54,288 bases of DNA. Source: an uncultured Ktedonobacterales bacterium (GTDB lineage Bacteria > Chloroflexota > Ktedonobacteria > Ktedonobacterales > Ktedonobacteraceae). This document shows positions 1 through 7,821 of this stretch, one piece after another. Both the position numbers and the translations under genes were made by a program. The stretch lies in NCBI GenBank assembly GCA_966427955.1, contig CBJMBI010000001.1, forward strand, positions 1 to 54,288, written 5' to 3'. The notes beneath the pieces were generated by a model. It saw only the letters and a list, made by a program, of their open reading frames with translations, was not told the origin of the DNA and ran no database searches. Within the stretch, counting starts at the first letter, position 1. Each line of letters starts with the position of its first letter.

Positions 1-1289
1 CCTTGAGCACGCATACGAGCTTGGATACTACGTGCTCGGGTAATCTTATCTTTACCGCCATGCTTCAAAGGATAGAGAGTGATGAAGTTATTGTGGCGAA
101 TCATTTCTTCTCGAAGGAATGGTCCAATAGCTTTGGAAACCTGCATTTCTTCGATACCAATTGCTTCAGGTTTATATAACTTCTGCAAAGCAAGTATACA
201 GTCAACAATCTCACGACCATCCATCCGTTCTCGTATAACATTACGAACCTGGATTCGTTTGTCTTCATCCACTGCTCCAACAACAAAAACAGAGTAATCT
301 GCTGTTTCCTTGTCAGAGATAGCCAAGTCGGCTGTAATATAATATCGGACTGGTTTAGTGAGATCACCCTCCCGAAGCGGGAGAAAATCTGCTCTTCGAA
401 AATATGTGGTTGATTCATCAATCGGAATGTTTAAATATTCTTGACTATACCCGTCTGGATTCCCAATACGAAAAGCTTCACTACGAAGCATTCGGAATTC
501 TTCTTCTGACTTCTTTTCAGGCCACAGAAGTTTCTTGTAGTCGTCAGAATGAGCCCGATATTTAATCGCTTTCCACATGGTTCTTTTTGTGGAATATTGT
601 TTAAGACCGTCCGTTACTGTTGCTTTATCGTAAGGTTTCGGCATCAAATTCTCAAGCATACTATCCATATGGAGAATTGTACCAACAATCCGGACAATAC
701 CTTTATCACTGCGGCAAGGAAGAAGTGCATTGGTGAACCACTTACGGAACTTCTCACGACGTTCTTTGTTTAGTACCAATTCATCATTTTCCATGTCGTC
801 GCCGATAATGATATCGGGACGGGTACTATTCCAAAGCAAACCACGAAGTTTTTGTTCAGCACCTTTAGCGATAATCCGGAACTTATGTCCGTCGTTGAAT
901 TCTACAACAATATCGGTTTCGCTATCTTTTAAAAACTGAACAAGGCCTTTTTCATTCTTTTTCAGACCAAACAACTCAATTAATTGCTCATTGCTCTGAA
1001 GAGCATTTTTGATATTCCCGAGGAACAAACTCGCTTGGGCCTCCGTGTCGGAGACAAGTAGCATAAATTTCCTCTCTCGAAAGAGGAGAGTAGCTAACCC
1101 ATATCCCAAAGTAATGGCGGTTGACTTCGCATGACCCCGCGGCGCAGCAATCGCCACAAATCTGTTCGAACTGCAACATAATTCCCACATTTCCCGGTGA
1201 AAAGCCGGAATTGCGGCTTTATCTTCAAATGTTGGTGCCAGAATACTTCCGACAAACCCCGCTACTACTTCCGCTGTAACTACCGTCAT
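1..1289 (-). CDS. terL: Terminase large subunit, N-terminal (ATPase) and central part. The gene is cut by the window edge and continues at 54002..54288.
   Basis: Manual minus-strand translation in the frame of ORF 54002..54247 is stop-free from ATG 1289 down to nt 1. It is absent from the ORF track only because it runs off the edge. Sequence starts MTVVTAEVV...; Walker A-like VAIAAPRGHAKST; Walker B-like DIIIGDDMENDE; later DYSVFVVGAVDEDKRIQV and QEYLNIP. On the circle the gene is 1521 nt (506 aa). Confidence 0.9.
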   Translation of the reverse strand, partial: MTVVTAEVVAGFVGSILAPTFEDKAAIPAFHREMWELCCSSNRFVAIAAPRGHAKSTAITLGYGLATLLFRERKFMLLVSDTEAQASLFLGNIKNALQSNEQLIELFGLKKNEKGLVQFLKDSETDIVVEFNDGHKFRIIAKGAEQKLRGLLWNSTRPDIIIGDDMENDELVLNKERREKFRKWFTNALLPCRSDKGIVRIVGTILHMDSMLENLMPKPYDKATVTDGLKQYSTKRTMWKAIKYRAHSDDYKKLLWPEKKSEEEFRMLRSEAFRIGNPDGYSQEYLNIPIDESTTYFRRADFLPLREGDLTKPVRYYITADLAISDKETADYSVFVVGAVDEDKRIQVRNVIRERMDGREIVDCILALQKLYKPEAIGIEEMQVSKAIGPFLREEMIRHNNFITLYPLKHGGKDKITRARSIQARMRAQ

Positions 1290-1534
1290 TTGTTTTTCTT
1301 CGATCTATTTGAGTGAGCACTGATAGCTCGTAGATTCGATCGGCTGTTATTGCCACCTTTAGATAATGCGCGGATATGGTCAACATCTTTTCCATCGCCT
1401 TTAGAAACTTTCCCTTCTTTTTCCAGTTCTCGTCGTGCAGTAACCCGTTCGGATCGATTGTGTCGTTGGGTTGGGCTAGATTCGTACTTGGTATCATAGG
1501 AATAATCACGTTTCCCGTTCTTCATTCTTGGCAT
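1286..1534 (-). CDS. Small HNH endonuclease (terminase-associated type)
   Basis: 82 aa. DVDHIRALSKGGNNSRSNLRAISAHSNRSK matches the HNH core. Its stop overlaps the terL ATG (ATGA), and it overlaps the upstream ORF by 29 nt. Confidence 0.8.
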   Translation of the reverse strand: MPRMKNGKRDYSYDTKYESSPTQRHNRSERVTARRELEKEGKVSKGDGKDVDHIRALSKGGNNSRSNLRAISAHSNRSKKNK

Positions 1535-2255
1535 CGCCTGTCTCCTGGCCGAAAATTACATCTGTGACTTCCATACTTGGTTTCTTTTGTACTTGGTTCG
1601 CAATTTCAGCAAATTTTTGAGCTAGTTCGTTCAGAGTCTTCTCGATTTTGTCCTCTGTGACTGATTGACCCCCTAGATGGCGGTCTACAAGCTCTTGGCG
1701 GGTCTCGGAGAGGTCTACCGCTACCTTGGTAGCATCTCGCATGGAAACCGGTTTACGGCGCATTTCACCCGTTTTCTGGTCAAATACGAAATCTCCATGT
1801 TCCAACCGGTCTTCCAGGACATCGTAAGACCGAGAAATGATCTTTTTAAGTCGATTACTGAGTTGAAGATCATCTTGGATACGGAGTTCTTCAATTAAAT
1901 CTTTCCACCATTGACTGGATTTCCAGAGTTTGAGAGTGTCAAAGGGGATTTTAAGGGCACCAGCAGTCAATTTGAGACTACCGAGGATTAGATACGTCTG
2001 AACTGCTTCTATTTTCTGGCTGTCAGACCATCGAAAACCTTTCTTTTCTACCGATCTACGTTTACCAGTGGGTCTGTATTTATTTGTTTTGTCGTCTGAG
2101 AGCAATTTTAATTTCCTATTTGACAAATAAGGAGGAGCTTCGCACTCCATTGCAGCAGTTTCCTTTAACGTTGCCTCTGGTACACAACGAGATAACTGGA
2201 TCACCTCCTTAAAGTCGGTAGACCAACTACCATAAAAGCATGAGTTTGTCAACAC
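1506..2255 (-). CDS. Putative terminase small subunit / DNA-binding packaging protein
   Basis: 249-aa ORF directly upstream of HNH and terL. Has an HTH-like segment (KIEAVQTYLILGSLKLTAGALKIPFDTLKLWK). The call rests mainly on position. The true start may be an internal Met (MECEAPP...). Confidence 0.5.
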   Translation of the reverse strand: MLTNSCFYGSWSTDFKEVIQLSRCVPEATLKETAAMECEAPPYLSNRKLKLLSDDKTNKYRPTGKRRSVEKKGFRWSDSQKIEAVQTYLILGSLKLTAGALKIPFDTLKLWKSSQWWKDLIEELRIQDDLQLSNRLKKIISRSYDVLEDRLEHGDFVFDQKTGEMRRKPVSMRDATKVAVDLSETRQELVDRHLGGQSVTEDKIEKTLNELAQKFAEIANQVQKKPSMEVTDVIFGQETGDAKNEERET

Positions 2256-2275
2256 TTTTGTACAACAGATCTATT

Positions 2276-2304
2276 ATACTATATGTTCTTAATGGTTTTG
2301 TCAA
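2276..2304 (-). promoter_or_regulatory. Candidate sigma70-type promoter for the packaging/late operon
   Basis: Minus strand reads TTGACA (2304..2299), a 17-nt spacer, then TAGTAT (2281..2276), just upstream of ORF 1506..2255. Confidence 0.35.
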
Positions 2305-2352
2305 GCTTTTTCTTTACTTTTTTAAATATTTTTACTTTTCTACAAAAAACTC

Positions 2353-2381
2353 TTGACAAATTGATTAAGAATCTATAAAAT
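2353..2381 (+). promoter_or_regulatory. Candidate sigma70-type early promoter
   Basis: TTGACA (2353..2358), a 17-nt spacer, then TAAAAT (2376..2381) in an AT-rich intergenic region, pointing into the plus-strand early genes. Confidence 0.55.
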
Positions 2382-2778
2382 CATTTATTCTTCTTTCTTT
2401 TACGAAAGATTTTTTAATTAAAGTCTTTCGTTTTCTTTCTTCTGTTCCATGTATTTATAAATAAATAATATAGTTGCGAGGATTCGGTGTTTAATCCGAG
2501 CTCCCCAAGAAAAAAATAAATAAAACCCCTTCCCTTTTTAAAAATATATATCACCGTAGTAAGGTGCCTTTCGAGCTTTTCCACCAATCGAAGTTTCCCC
2601 CCACCCCCGGTCAAGTAAAATAGTTGATTTTAAAGGGGATGGATCAATTGAAATTAAAGCCATATTTAATCACCTATTTACATTCAAAGACTTAGTATCA
2701 CTGTTCGATAGGTACAAACCCCTACCAAATACCCGTCCCAAACCTCCTAGAATGTCCTACAATGGTCTGTAAGGCAGT

Positions 2779-2970
2779 GTGAAGTACCAAGGTATGTACT
2801 TTCCTTCTAAAAGGCTTACAGTTATGAATAACATGTACTTGGTGTATCGTTCTGGCACTATGTGGGTGCTTGAAGTGGACTCGATTCTTCGCTTTCACTT
2901 CGTCACCCTTGCTGGTGCCTTGCGGATGGGTGAGAAGTTCTACCCGACTGGTGTAATTGACCCGAGGTGA
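2779..2970 (+). CDS. Hypothetical early protein
   Basis: 63-codon ORF with a GTG start. First ORF downstream of the early promoter. Start uncertain. Confidence 0.3.
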   Translation: MKYQGMYFPSKRLTVMNNMYLVYRSGTMWVLEVDSILRFHFVTLAGALRMGEKFYPTGVIDPR

Positions 2971-2980
2971 GGTGATTTAA

Positions 2981-3184
2981 ATGTATGATGACAACATGGT
3001 TGGTCGGTTGATCGACTGGGAACAAGGTACGATGGAGGGTGAAGCCGTCAAGCAATTCTTTCAAGACTTGGTCGACAACGACCTTGTCGAGAAGATCGCC
3101 GATGACTTCAATCCCAACATTCGGGTATTTGCGAACCATCTTCTCAACCAAGGGGTGATCAAACCCCATTTCGGAGTGAACTAA
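2981..3184 (+). CDS. Hypothetical early protein
   Basis: 67 aa. Strong SD (GAGGTGAGGTGA) a few nt upstream of the ATG. Confidence 0.55.
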   Translation: MYDDNMVGRLIDWEQGTMEGEAVKQFFQDLVDNDLVEKIADDFNPNIRVFANHLLNQGVIKPHFGVN

Positions 3185-3348
3185 TGGAAATGTTTACCGA
3201 TCAAGAATTGCTACTATTGCTCCCCTTTTTGGTGGTGTTTACATCCATCTTTCTATCGCTAACCCTCATAGGATTGTTGGCGGTTGACACTCTCCGGGCT
3301 ATCGAGCGAGTAAAGGAGCTGCAAGGCCTTCGCAACGGTCGTAAGTAG
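3184..3348 (+). CDS. Small single-pass membrane protein (54 aa, below the ORF-track cutoff)
   Basis: Manual translation gives MEMFTDQELLLLLPFLVVFTSIFLSLTLIGLLAVDTLRAIERVKELQGLRNGRK. The ATG overlaps the preceding TAA (TAATG). A hairpin follows. Confidence 0.4.
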   Translation: MEMFTDQELLLLLPFLVVFTSIFLSLTLIGLLAVDTLRAIERVKELQGLRNGRK

Positions 3349-3361
3349 CCGGAGAAGTACC

Positions 3362-3380
3362 AAGCCCCTGTACGGGGCTT
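3362..3380 (+). terminator. Hairpin, weak intrinsic terminator candidate
   Basis: AAGCCCC-TGTAC-GGGGCTT followed by TCATTT. The T tract is poor. Confidence 0.35.
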
Positions 3381-3479
3381 TCATTTACCTTACATATTAA
3401 GTAGGTATTTAATTAGGAAATGTAACAGTTGATATGACCCTAGTATATGTGTGCTAAACTGGAGTTGTAGTGGGAAGTC

Positions 3480-3627
3480 CAACAACAGTTGTTAGGGCTA
3501 TTGGTAGATTGAATCTAATAGCGAGAATTATTTTCTAACAACCTGGAATTTCGCCTATAGTAGTAGGTAACAACTGCGCTCCCAGGTAGCCCGTAAGGGG
3601 AGTGAAAGGAAAGTACCAAGGTTGTTA
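3480..3627. repeat. Cluster of TAACAAC(C) iteron/operator-like sites
   Basis: TAACAACC at 3536..3543 (+) and 3620..3627 (-). TAACAAC at 3568..3574 (+) and 3488..3494 (-), the last paired with CAACAAC at 3480..3486 as an inverted repeat. One further TAACAACC at 5138..5145 (-). Confidence 0.4.
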
Positions 3628-3671
3628 TTTTCTCCGAATCTCGCTTGACTTTTTTGGGGTTTTAGTAGAAG

Positions 3672-4580
3672 ATGGTAGATAAGCACTCAGTAATAGGTGC
3701 GATTACCCAGTCCTTTCTCAATACTAGTGAGACTTACATCATGGAAATTGCTACACAGACGGTCGCGGATGAAAAACGCGAACCGATCACCAAACAAGAG
3801 CCCACACAGCAGTTGCTCGTAACAGGTCAATGGCTCTACGATACATTTGTAGCTGCTGATGACACAACAGTCACCCGCATGCAGCAGATCAAAACCTTGG
3901 TAGAAAAAGGTTGTGATCCGTTTCAGCTGAAAGGCGCGGCTGACAACATGGTCAAGCAAGCCCGGGAACTGGATTTGGCTTCCGGGGTGCCGGCAAAGGT
4001 TTTGGACGAAGAAACCGGCAAGGAACGCGTGAATCGGGGTCCGAAGCAGCAAGCCGCGATGAACGTTCGGACCATCATTCAGAATGCTTACGGTGCCTTG
4101 AAGTTCGCCCGTAAGGAACTAGACACCCTCGGCTATGATGATTCGAAGACGGGCTATCTTGCAATGGCTGTGCTGGCAAAACGTGCCTTGGATGCCAAAG
4201 GTCTTAAGTGGAACGGTGTTTCCGCTCCGACGGAAGAAGAGCAAATGCGGAAGCGTATCGCTCGGGCTCAGAAGCAAGAAACCGGTGCAATGGCAAAGGC
4301 GTTCGCTGACAATCCCCGTATGCCCGGCGAGGATGACTTGGCTTGGACGGCGCGAGTTACACGTATCGCGCATGATATCGTGGAGGACGTTCGTACGAAA
4401 CAAGAAGAAGCAGCTATTTCGGAAATCGTTACGATGTTGTTCGAGAAGTACGACGCTCAACGACTCCAGGCGGTGGCTTGTCGGATTTTCGATCGACTCA
4501 GTGAACAGCACGGTGGCGCTGCCTTCTCTTATACCACGGAAGCGGAACCGGAAGAAGTGCAAGAAGTCGAGCACGTTTAA
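3672..4580 (+). CDS. Hypothetical protein, visibly GC-richer than its neighbours
   Basis: 302-codon ORF. An alternative start is ATG 3741 (MEIATQTV...). No motif recognised. Confidence 0.6.
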   Translation: MVDKHSVIGAITQSFLNTSETYIMEIATQTVADEKREPITKQEPTQQLLVTGQWLYDTFVAADDTTVTRMQQIKTLVEKGCDPFQLKGAADNMVKQARELDLASGVPAKVLDEETGKERVNRGPKQQAAMNVRTIIQNAYGALKFARKELDTLGYDDSKTGYLAMAVLAKRALDAKGLKWNGVSAPTEEEQMRKRIARAQKQETGAMAKAFADNPRMPGEDDLAWTARVTRIAHDIVEDVRTKQEEAAISEIVTMLFEKYDAQRLQAVACRIFDRLSEQHGGAAFSYTTEAEPEEVQEVEHV

Positions 4581-4661
4581 TCAAGCGTGGTGATAGGGCG
4601 AAATACCAAGCGGAAGCGGAAGTCATGGCTTGGTATCCACACGTTAGGCGTGTGCTGATGA

Positions 4662-4750
4662 GCCCGAATGGTGGAACTGGTAGACACAACAGACTTAAAA
4701 TCTGTCGCTACTGATGGGGCGTGCGGGTTCGAATCCCGCTTCGGGCACCA
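4662..4750 (+). tRNA. tRNA-Leu, anticodon UAA, class II (long variable arm), with encoded CCA
   Basis: Hand-folded cloverleaf. Acceptor GCCCGAA/TTCGGGC; anticodon stem ACAGA/TCTGT; loop CTTAAAA (anticodon TAA at 4696..4698); 17-nt variable arm; T arm GCGGG-TTCGAAT-CCCGC; discriminator A then CCA. Confidence 0.85.
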
Positions 4751-5044
4751 CTTTCTTGCGTTGGAGACCTATAGATCATGCTGACCGCTCTTCTCGGGCC
4801 GTACTTGGCCCTTCATTTGATGACTGCTCAGGCAGTGAAAACTCAAGTCCTGGATCAGCAGTTGGTCGTCAACGAAATGTATGATTCCGAGGCCAAATCC
4901 CGGGACCATCGCTCGCATTATGTGGTTCTTCAATGGCTCTACAGGCCGGCTCCCGGCTCAGAACCCGTTCCTTGCTAGATCAATCAGTGTGTTAAGGGAA
5001 AACCCCAAAGGTAAGTCTCACATTCCTTTTCGCACTGGCTCTTG

Positions 5045-5081
5045 CCTACCCTGCTCACAACCAGAGGGTAGGTTTTTTTTT
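5045..5081 (+). terminator. Rho-independent terminator
   Basis: CCTACCCT (5045..5052), a 12-nt loop, AGGGTAGG (5065..5072), then nine T (5073..5081). Confidence 0.8.
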
Positions 5082-5175
5082 GCACCCATTATTTTGTAAA
5101 GGTTACAAGTGTTAGTTGTTTGTAAGCAAAGTCACAAGGTTGTTACTCCAAATATTTGATCAGGTGGCACCAAAA

Positions 5176-5283
5176 ATGAATAAGCAATTGATGACCAAAC
5201 AGCAAGCAAATAACGGGATTTTCGGCAGTATTCTCAATCTTCTCAGCATCTTTCCCATTACCAATTTAGGCCGGCGGGCTTAA
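5176..5283 (+). CDS. Possible 35-aa micro-ORF
   Basis: MNKQLMTKQQANNGIFGSILNLLSIFPITNLGRRA. An AGGTGG box lies 8 nt upstream. Very short, so weak. Confidence 0.2.
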   Translation: MNKQLMTKQQANNGIFGSILNLLSIFPITNLGRRA

Positions 5284-5342
5284 ATTGCGTTTCTTCCCGT
5301 AGTACCTATTCAACAACTCCAACTGTAGTATTTTTCATCTAA

Positions 5343-5400
5343 GGCTCAAACTTATTCATTTTCTTTGAGCCATTTTCAGGCCCCTTTGAGCCATTTTCAG
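5343..5400 (+). promoter_or_regulatory. Operator-like repeat set upstream of ORF 5438
   Basis: The 17-nt direct repeat CTTTGAGCCATTTTCAG occurs at 5363..5379 and 5384..5400 (21-nt period). An inverted copy, GGCTCAAA, sits at 5343..5350. Confidence 0.45.
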
Positions 5401-5437
5401 TCAGTCATTTTTCGTAAATGTCCGGAGAGTTACCACC

Positions 5438-5638
5438 ATGACTACCGCAATGCAATTCGCTTTCTTGCAATCCAAACATGTCAATCAACAAACCCCCTTG
5501 GGTCGAATGATTCTTCAAGTTGCAGCACGCCAAGTCCGGGCGGAAGACAAACGCATTCGCTTGGTTGCAGCAAATAAGGCTGCACAGCGTATCGAACGTG
5601 AAAATAATGCCCTTCTTCAGAGCTTCAACTTCAAATGA
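5438..5638 (+). CDS. Hypothetical protein
   Basis: 66 aa. GGAGAG box upstream. The stop overlaps the next start. Confidence 0.5.
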   Translation: MTTAMQFAFLQSKHVNQQTPLGRMILQVAARQVRAEDKRIRLVAANKAAQRIERENNALLQSFNFK

Positions 5639-5829
5639 TGAAAACGACTAAATGGTTGGTCCGTTGCCAACGCATCTATGCGCCCTTCACGGTCATTCAA
5701 CGGGAAATCGAAGCTGATACCCCCGAAAATGCAATGAAGTCGGCAATGGATAACGAATATTCGGCCGTGTCCGTGCGTCTTAAGCCAATCGACGGGCACG
5801 TTTATGATCAACGCTACGCAACACTTTGA
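5635..5829 (+). CDS. Hypothetical protein
   Basis: 64 aa. ATGATG overlap with the upstream gene. Confidence 0.5.
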   Translation: MMKTTKWLVRCQRIYAPFTVIQREIEADTPENAMKSAMDNEYSAVSVRLKPIDGHVYDQRYATL

Positions 5830-5831
5830 TC

Positions 5832-5993
5832 GTGGATATCAAACATGCGCTCGAAAGGGCGCTTGACCTGGATAAGCAAGGGTGTATTTCTCCAACAGCC
5901 CTTGCTCTGCGCGTAATTGTGAACGAATTTCGCAATCTTGTAGGAGAAGAAACTTTTCAGCAATACCTTTCTAAGGAAGAATCAAATGAGTAA
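5832..5993 (+). CDS. Possible 53-aa protein (below track cutoff)
   Basis: GTG start. VDIKHALERALDLDKQGCISPTALALRVIVNEFRNLVGEETFQQYLSKEESNE. Fills the gap and overlaps the next ATG. Confidence 0.3.
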   Translation: MDIKHALERALDLDKQGCISPTALALRVIVNEFRNLVGEETFQQYLSKEESNE

Positions 5994-6288
5994 CGATAAC
6001 TTGCGGTATTTGCACATGCGAGAATATGACGGTTTCGATATTCTCGGAAGGGGCGGCAAAACCATTTGCTACAAAGAAGAAGATGACGGTACTATTATCT
6101 ATACCATTGCTTATTGTAGTTCTCGGGACAATTTCTGTCGTCGCATCGGTCGGGCGATTAGCCGGGGTCGTTTCCAGAGTTCTCTTCATCGTTGCGAGAT
6201 TCCTAAAGAATTTCGTATGGAGAGGGAAAAATACGGATCGATGGTGGATGTAGTGGACGTAATTTATTCGTGGATGGAGGAAAATTAA
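5986..6288 (+). CDS. Hypothetical protein
   Basis: 100 aa. Contains a CSSRDNFCRRIGRAISRGR motif. A strong terminator follows. Confidence 0.6.
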   Translation: MSNDNLRYLHMREYDGFDILGRGGKTICYKEEDDGTIIYTIAYCSSRDNFCRRIGRAISRGRFQSSLHRCEIPKEFRMEREKYGSMVDVVDVIYSWMEEN

Positions 6289-6371
6289 ATAAAACGAAAC
6301 CTTTTGATCTGAAAAGGAAATCGAGATTGAAGTATAGCGACGTAGAATCTCCCCGTTGTAATAAATGCACG

Positions 6372-6396
6372 GCCCTGCGTAGAGCAGGGCTTTTTT
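6372..6396 (+). terminator. Rho-independent terminator
   Basis: GCCCTGC-GTAGA-GCAGGGC followed by TTTTTT. Confidence 0.8.
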
Positions 6397-6420
6397 GTTG
6401 GTGGTGTGGAGCTAAACAAA

Positions 6421-6591
6421 ATGGCTAGTAAATTTGCTATTTGGAATCAAATGACGAATCGTTTCCTTAAGCCGGAATTCAGCAGTCGTGCTGAGGCAGA
6501 GTCCTATATGACGGAAAAGGGAATGCTTCACGGTTTGAATAAGAAATATCACATCATTAATTTTGGGGAAAATAAAGATTATGTACAATAG
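6421..6591 (+). CDS. Hypothetical protein
   Basis: ATG 6421 lies in the frame of track ORF 6406..6591, with GGAG 9 nt upstream. 56 aa. Confidence 0.45.
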   Translation: MASKFAIWNQMTNRFLKPEFSSRAEAESYMTEKGMLHGLNKKYHIINFGENKDYVQ

Positions 6592-6751
6592 TAACTACGA
6601 AGACAACTACGACGACATCAATGCCTTATTGCAAGAAATTGCACTTATGGCTGACAGCGTCCAAGTACACAACTGCTCAAAACTGTGTATTGGTAGTGGT
6701 GAAGATAATCAAGCGTTATTGTTTAAGGAAAACTACCACTATGGTGACTGA
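6581..6751 (+). CDS. Hypothetical acidic protein
   Basis: ATG 6581 lies within track ORF 6563..6751 (MYNSNYEDNYDD...). Confidence 0.4.
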   Translation: MYNSNYEDNYDDINALLQEIALMADSVQVHNCSKLCIGSGEDNQALLFKENYHYGD

Positions 6752-7571
6752 TACCCGTCCATTTCATAATGCCTTTAACACTTTTGAATATGTTTCAGAG
6801 GGCTTAACGAGGGCGATCACATTTCAAAAAAGAAAGCAGGGTGATTATTTCATGGTACCGAAGCTATCATATGGCGGAGGATTATATTTTCGTCTTAAAA
6901 TAGATATTAATGAAAATATCGATTTTCCTTATGGGGCAACACATTGCTGCGGGTGCCGGATTCTTAGCCACCTAAACGGTGGTTTTGCGGAAGAGATTCC
7001 TTTAGAAAGACAATATCAAGAGTTTGTTTCCACTTTGTGGAACCAGTTTGGAGCGTGTTATGCCTATTATTTTGTTCTTTCAAGTGAACAGCTGAAGAAT
7101 CACAATTCCGAACTGTCGTTGATTCGTTTCTTTATGGAAACAGGGGCGAAATGTCTCGATACTAGGCCAAATCGATATCACGCACCTAATGATATTAGTA
7201 TGTTTGTGTGGGATGGTTCCACGAATAACCCGAAACTAACTTCCCTTGTTGACTCGAATAATTATTACTACGAACCTAAATGGTGGGGTGAACTGGATGA
7301 TCACGAATATGCAAAATTTATGAGCCAACACCACGGACTAATCGATGATCGGAAAGAGTATTTCAAACACCAAGAAGAATTAAGAAACCAAGAAAAGGAT
7401 CGCCGCACAAATGAGGCCTGTCTTCAGGCCTTTTATGATGTAGAAAAATTAGAGACATTGTTGAGAAATTGGTCCAAAAGCGGATCGACCCGATCGTATT
7501 TATCGAAGACTATTCAAAAACTACCTAAACTTTTGAAGCAATATTTTGGAGATCTGGGATATGACGAATGA
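6741..7571 (+). CDS. Hypothetical protein (276 aa) with a CCG motif
   Basis: ATG 6741 lies within track ORF 6621..7571. Contains ATHCCGCRILSHLNGGF and FVLSSEQ...NDISMFVW, which resemble the motifs of ORF 8944..9399. Confidence 0.6.
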   Translation: MVTDTRPFHNAFNTFEYVSEGLTRAITFQKRKQGDYFMVPKLSYGGGLYFRLKIDINENIDFPYGATHCCGCRILSHLNGGFAEEIPLERQYQEFVSTLWNQFGACYAYYFVLSSEQLKNHNSELSLIRFFMETGAKCLDTRPNRYHAPNDISMFVWDGSTNNPKLTSLVDSNNYYYEPKWWGELDDHEYAKFMSQHHGLIDDRKEYFKHQEELRNQEKDRRTNEACLQAFYDVEKLETLLRNWSKSGSTRSYLSKTIQKLPKLLKQYFGDLGYDE

Positions 7572-7821
7572 TCAGAAATACCTCGATATATGGAACCGAA
7601 AGAATCAGACGCTATCAAATGGTTCGAAATTAATCCGAGTCTACGGAAATGTGTATGACTTCTTTCCAGGTCGATATGGATGGTCCACTCCTTGTCGGTT
7701 AAAGATTAACAAGCAAACAACTGGATTAACGGGAATTCGCTCCAAAGCAGCAACCTTAATTTCTGGAAATATCCCAAGTCCGGCATTACTGGATTTGATC
7801 CTCCAAGAGATGGTGATCTAA
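7561..7821 (+). CDS. Hypothetical protein
   Basis: ATG 7561 lies within track ORF 7546..7821 and overlaps the upstream stop. Confidence 0.5.
   Translation: MTNDQKYLDIWNRKNQTLSNGSKLIRVYGNVYDFFPGRYGWSTPCRLKINKQTTGLTGIRSKAATLISGNIPSPALLDLILQEMVI

Noticed and set aside
1-1300. The ORF track shows only short, mutually inconsistent minus-strand ORFs where the large terminase should be. This suggested stop-codon reassignment, an intron or a pseudogene.
   Set aside because: Manual translation in the frame of ORF 54002..54247 is completely open from ATG 1289 to nt 1 and gives canonical TerL motifs. The ORF is missing from the track only because it has no stop inside the window. The standard code fits everywhere else, for example the intact 1572-aa ORF.
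2414-2614. A 66-aa minus-strand ORF in the control region.
   Set aside because: It lies in AT-rich promoter/hairpin DNA, has no SD, gives a low-complexity product, and is oriented against the adjacent early promoter.
2779-4615. A recurrent G.GAAGTACCAAG motif (2781, 3351, 3608 and a variant at 4598) as a possible phage-specific promoter.
   Set aside because: Two of the four copies are simply arms of hairpins (3362..3380 and 4603..4636) and one lies inside an ORF start. There are too few copies, and their contexts are too heterogeneous, to support a regulatory motif without a genome-wide statistic.
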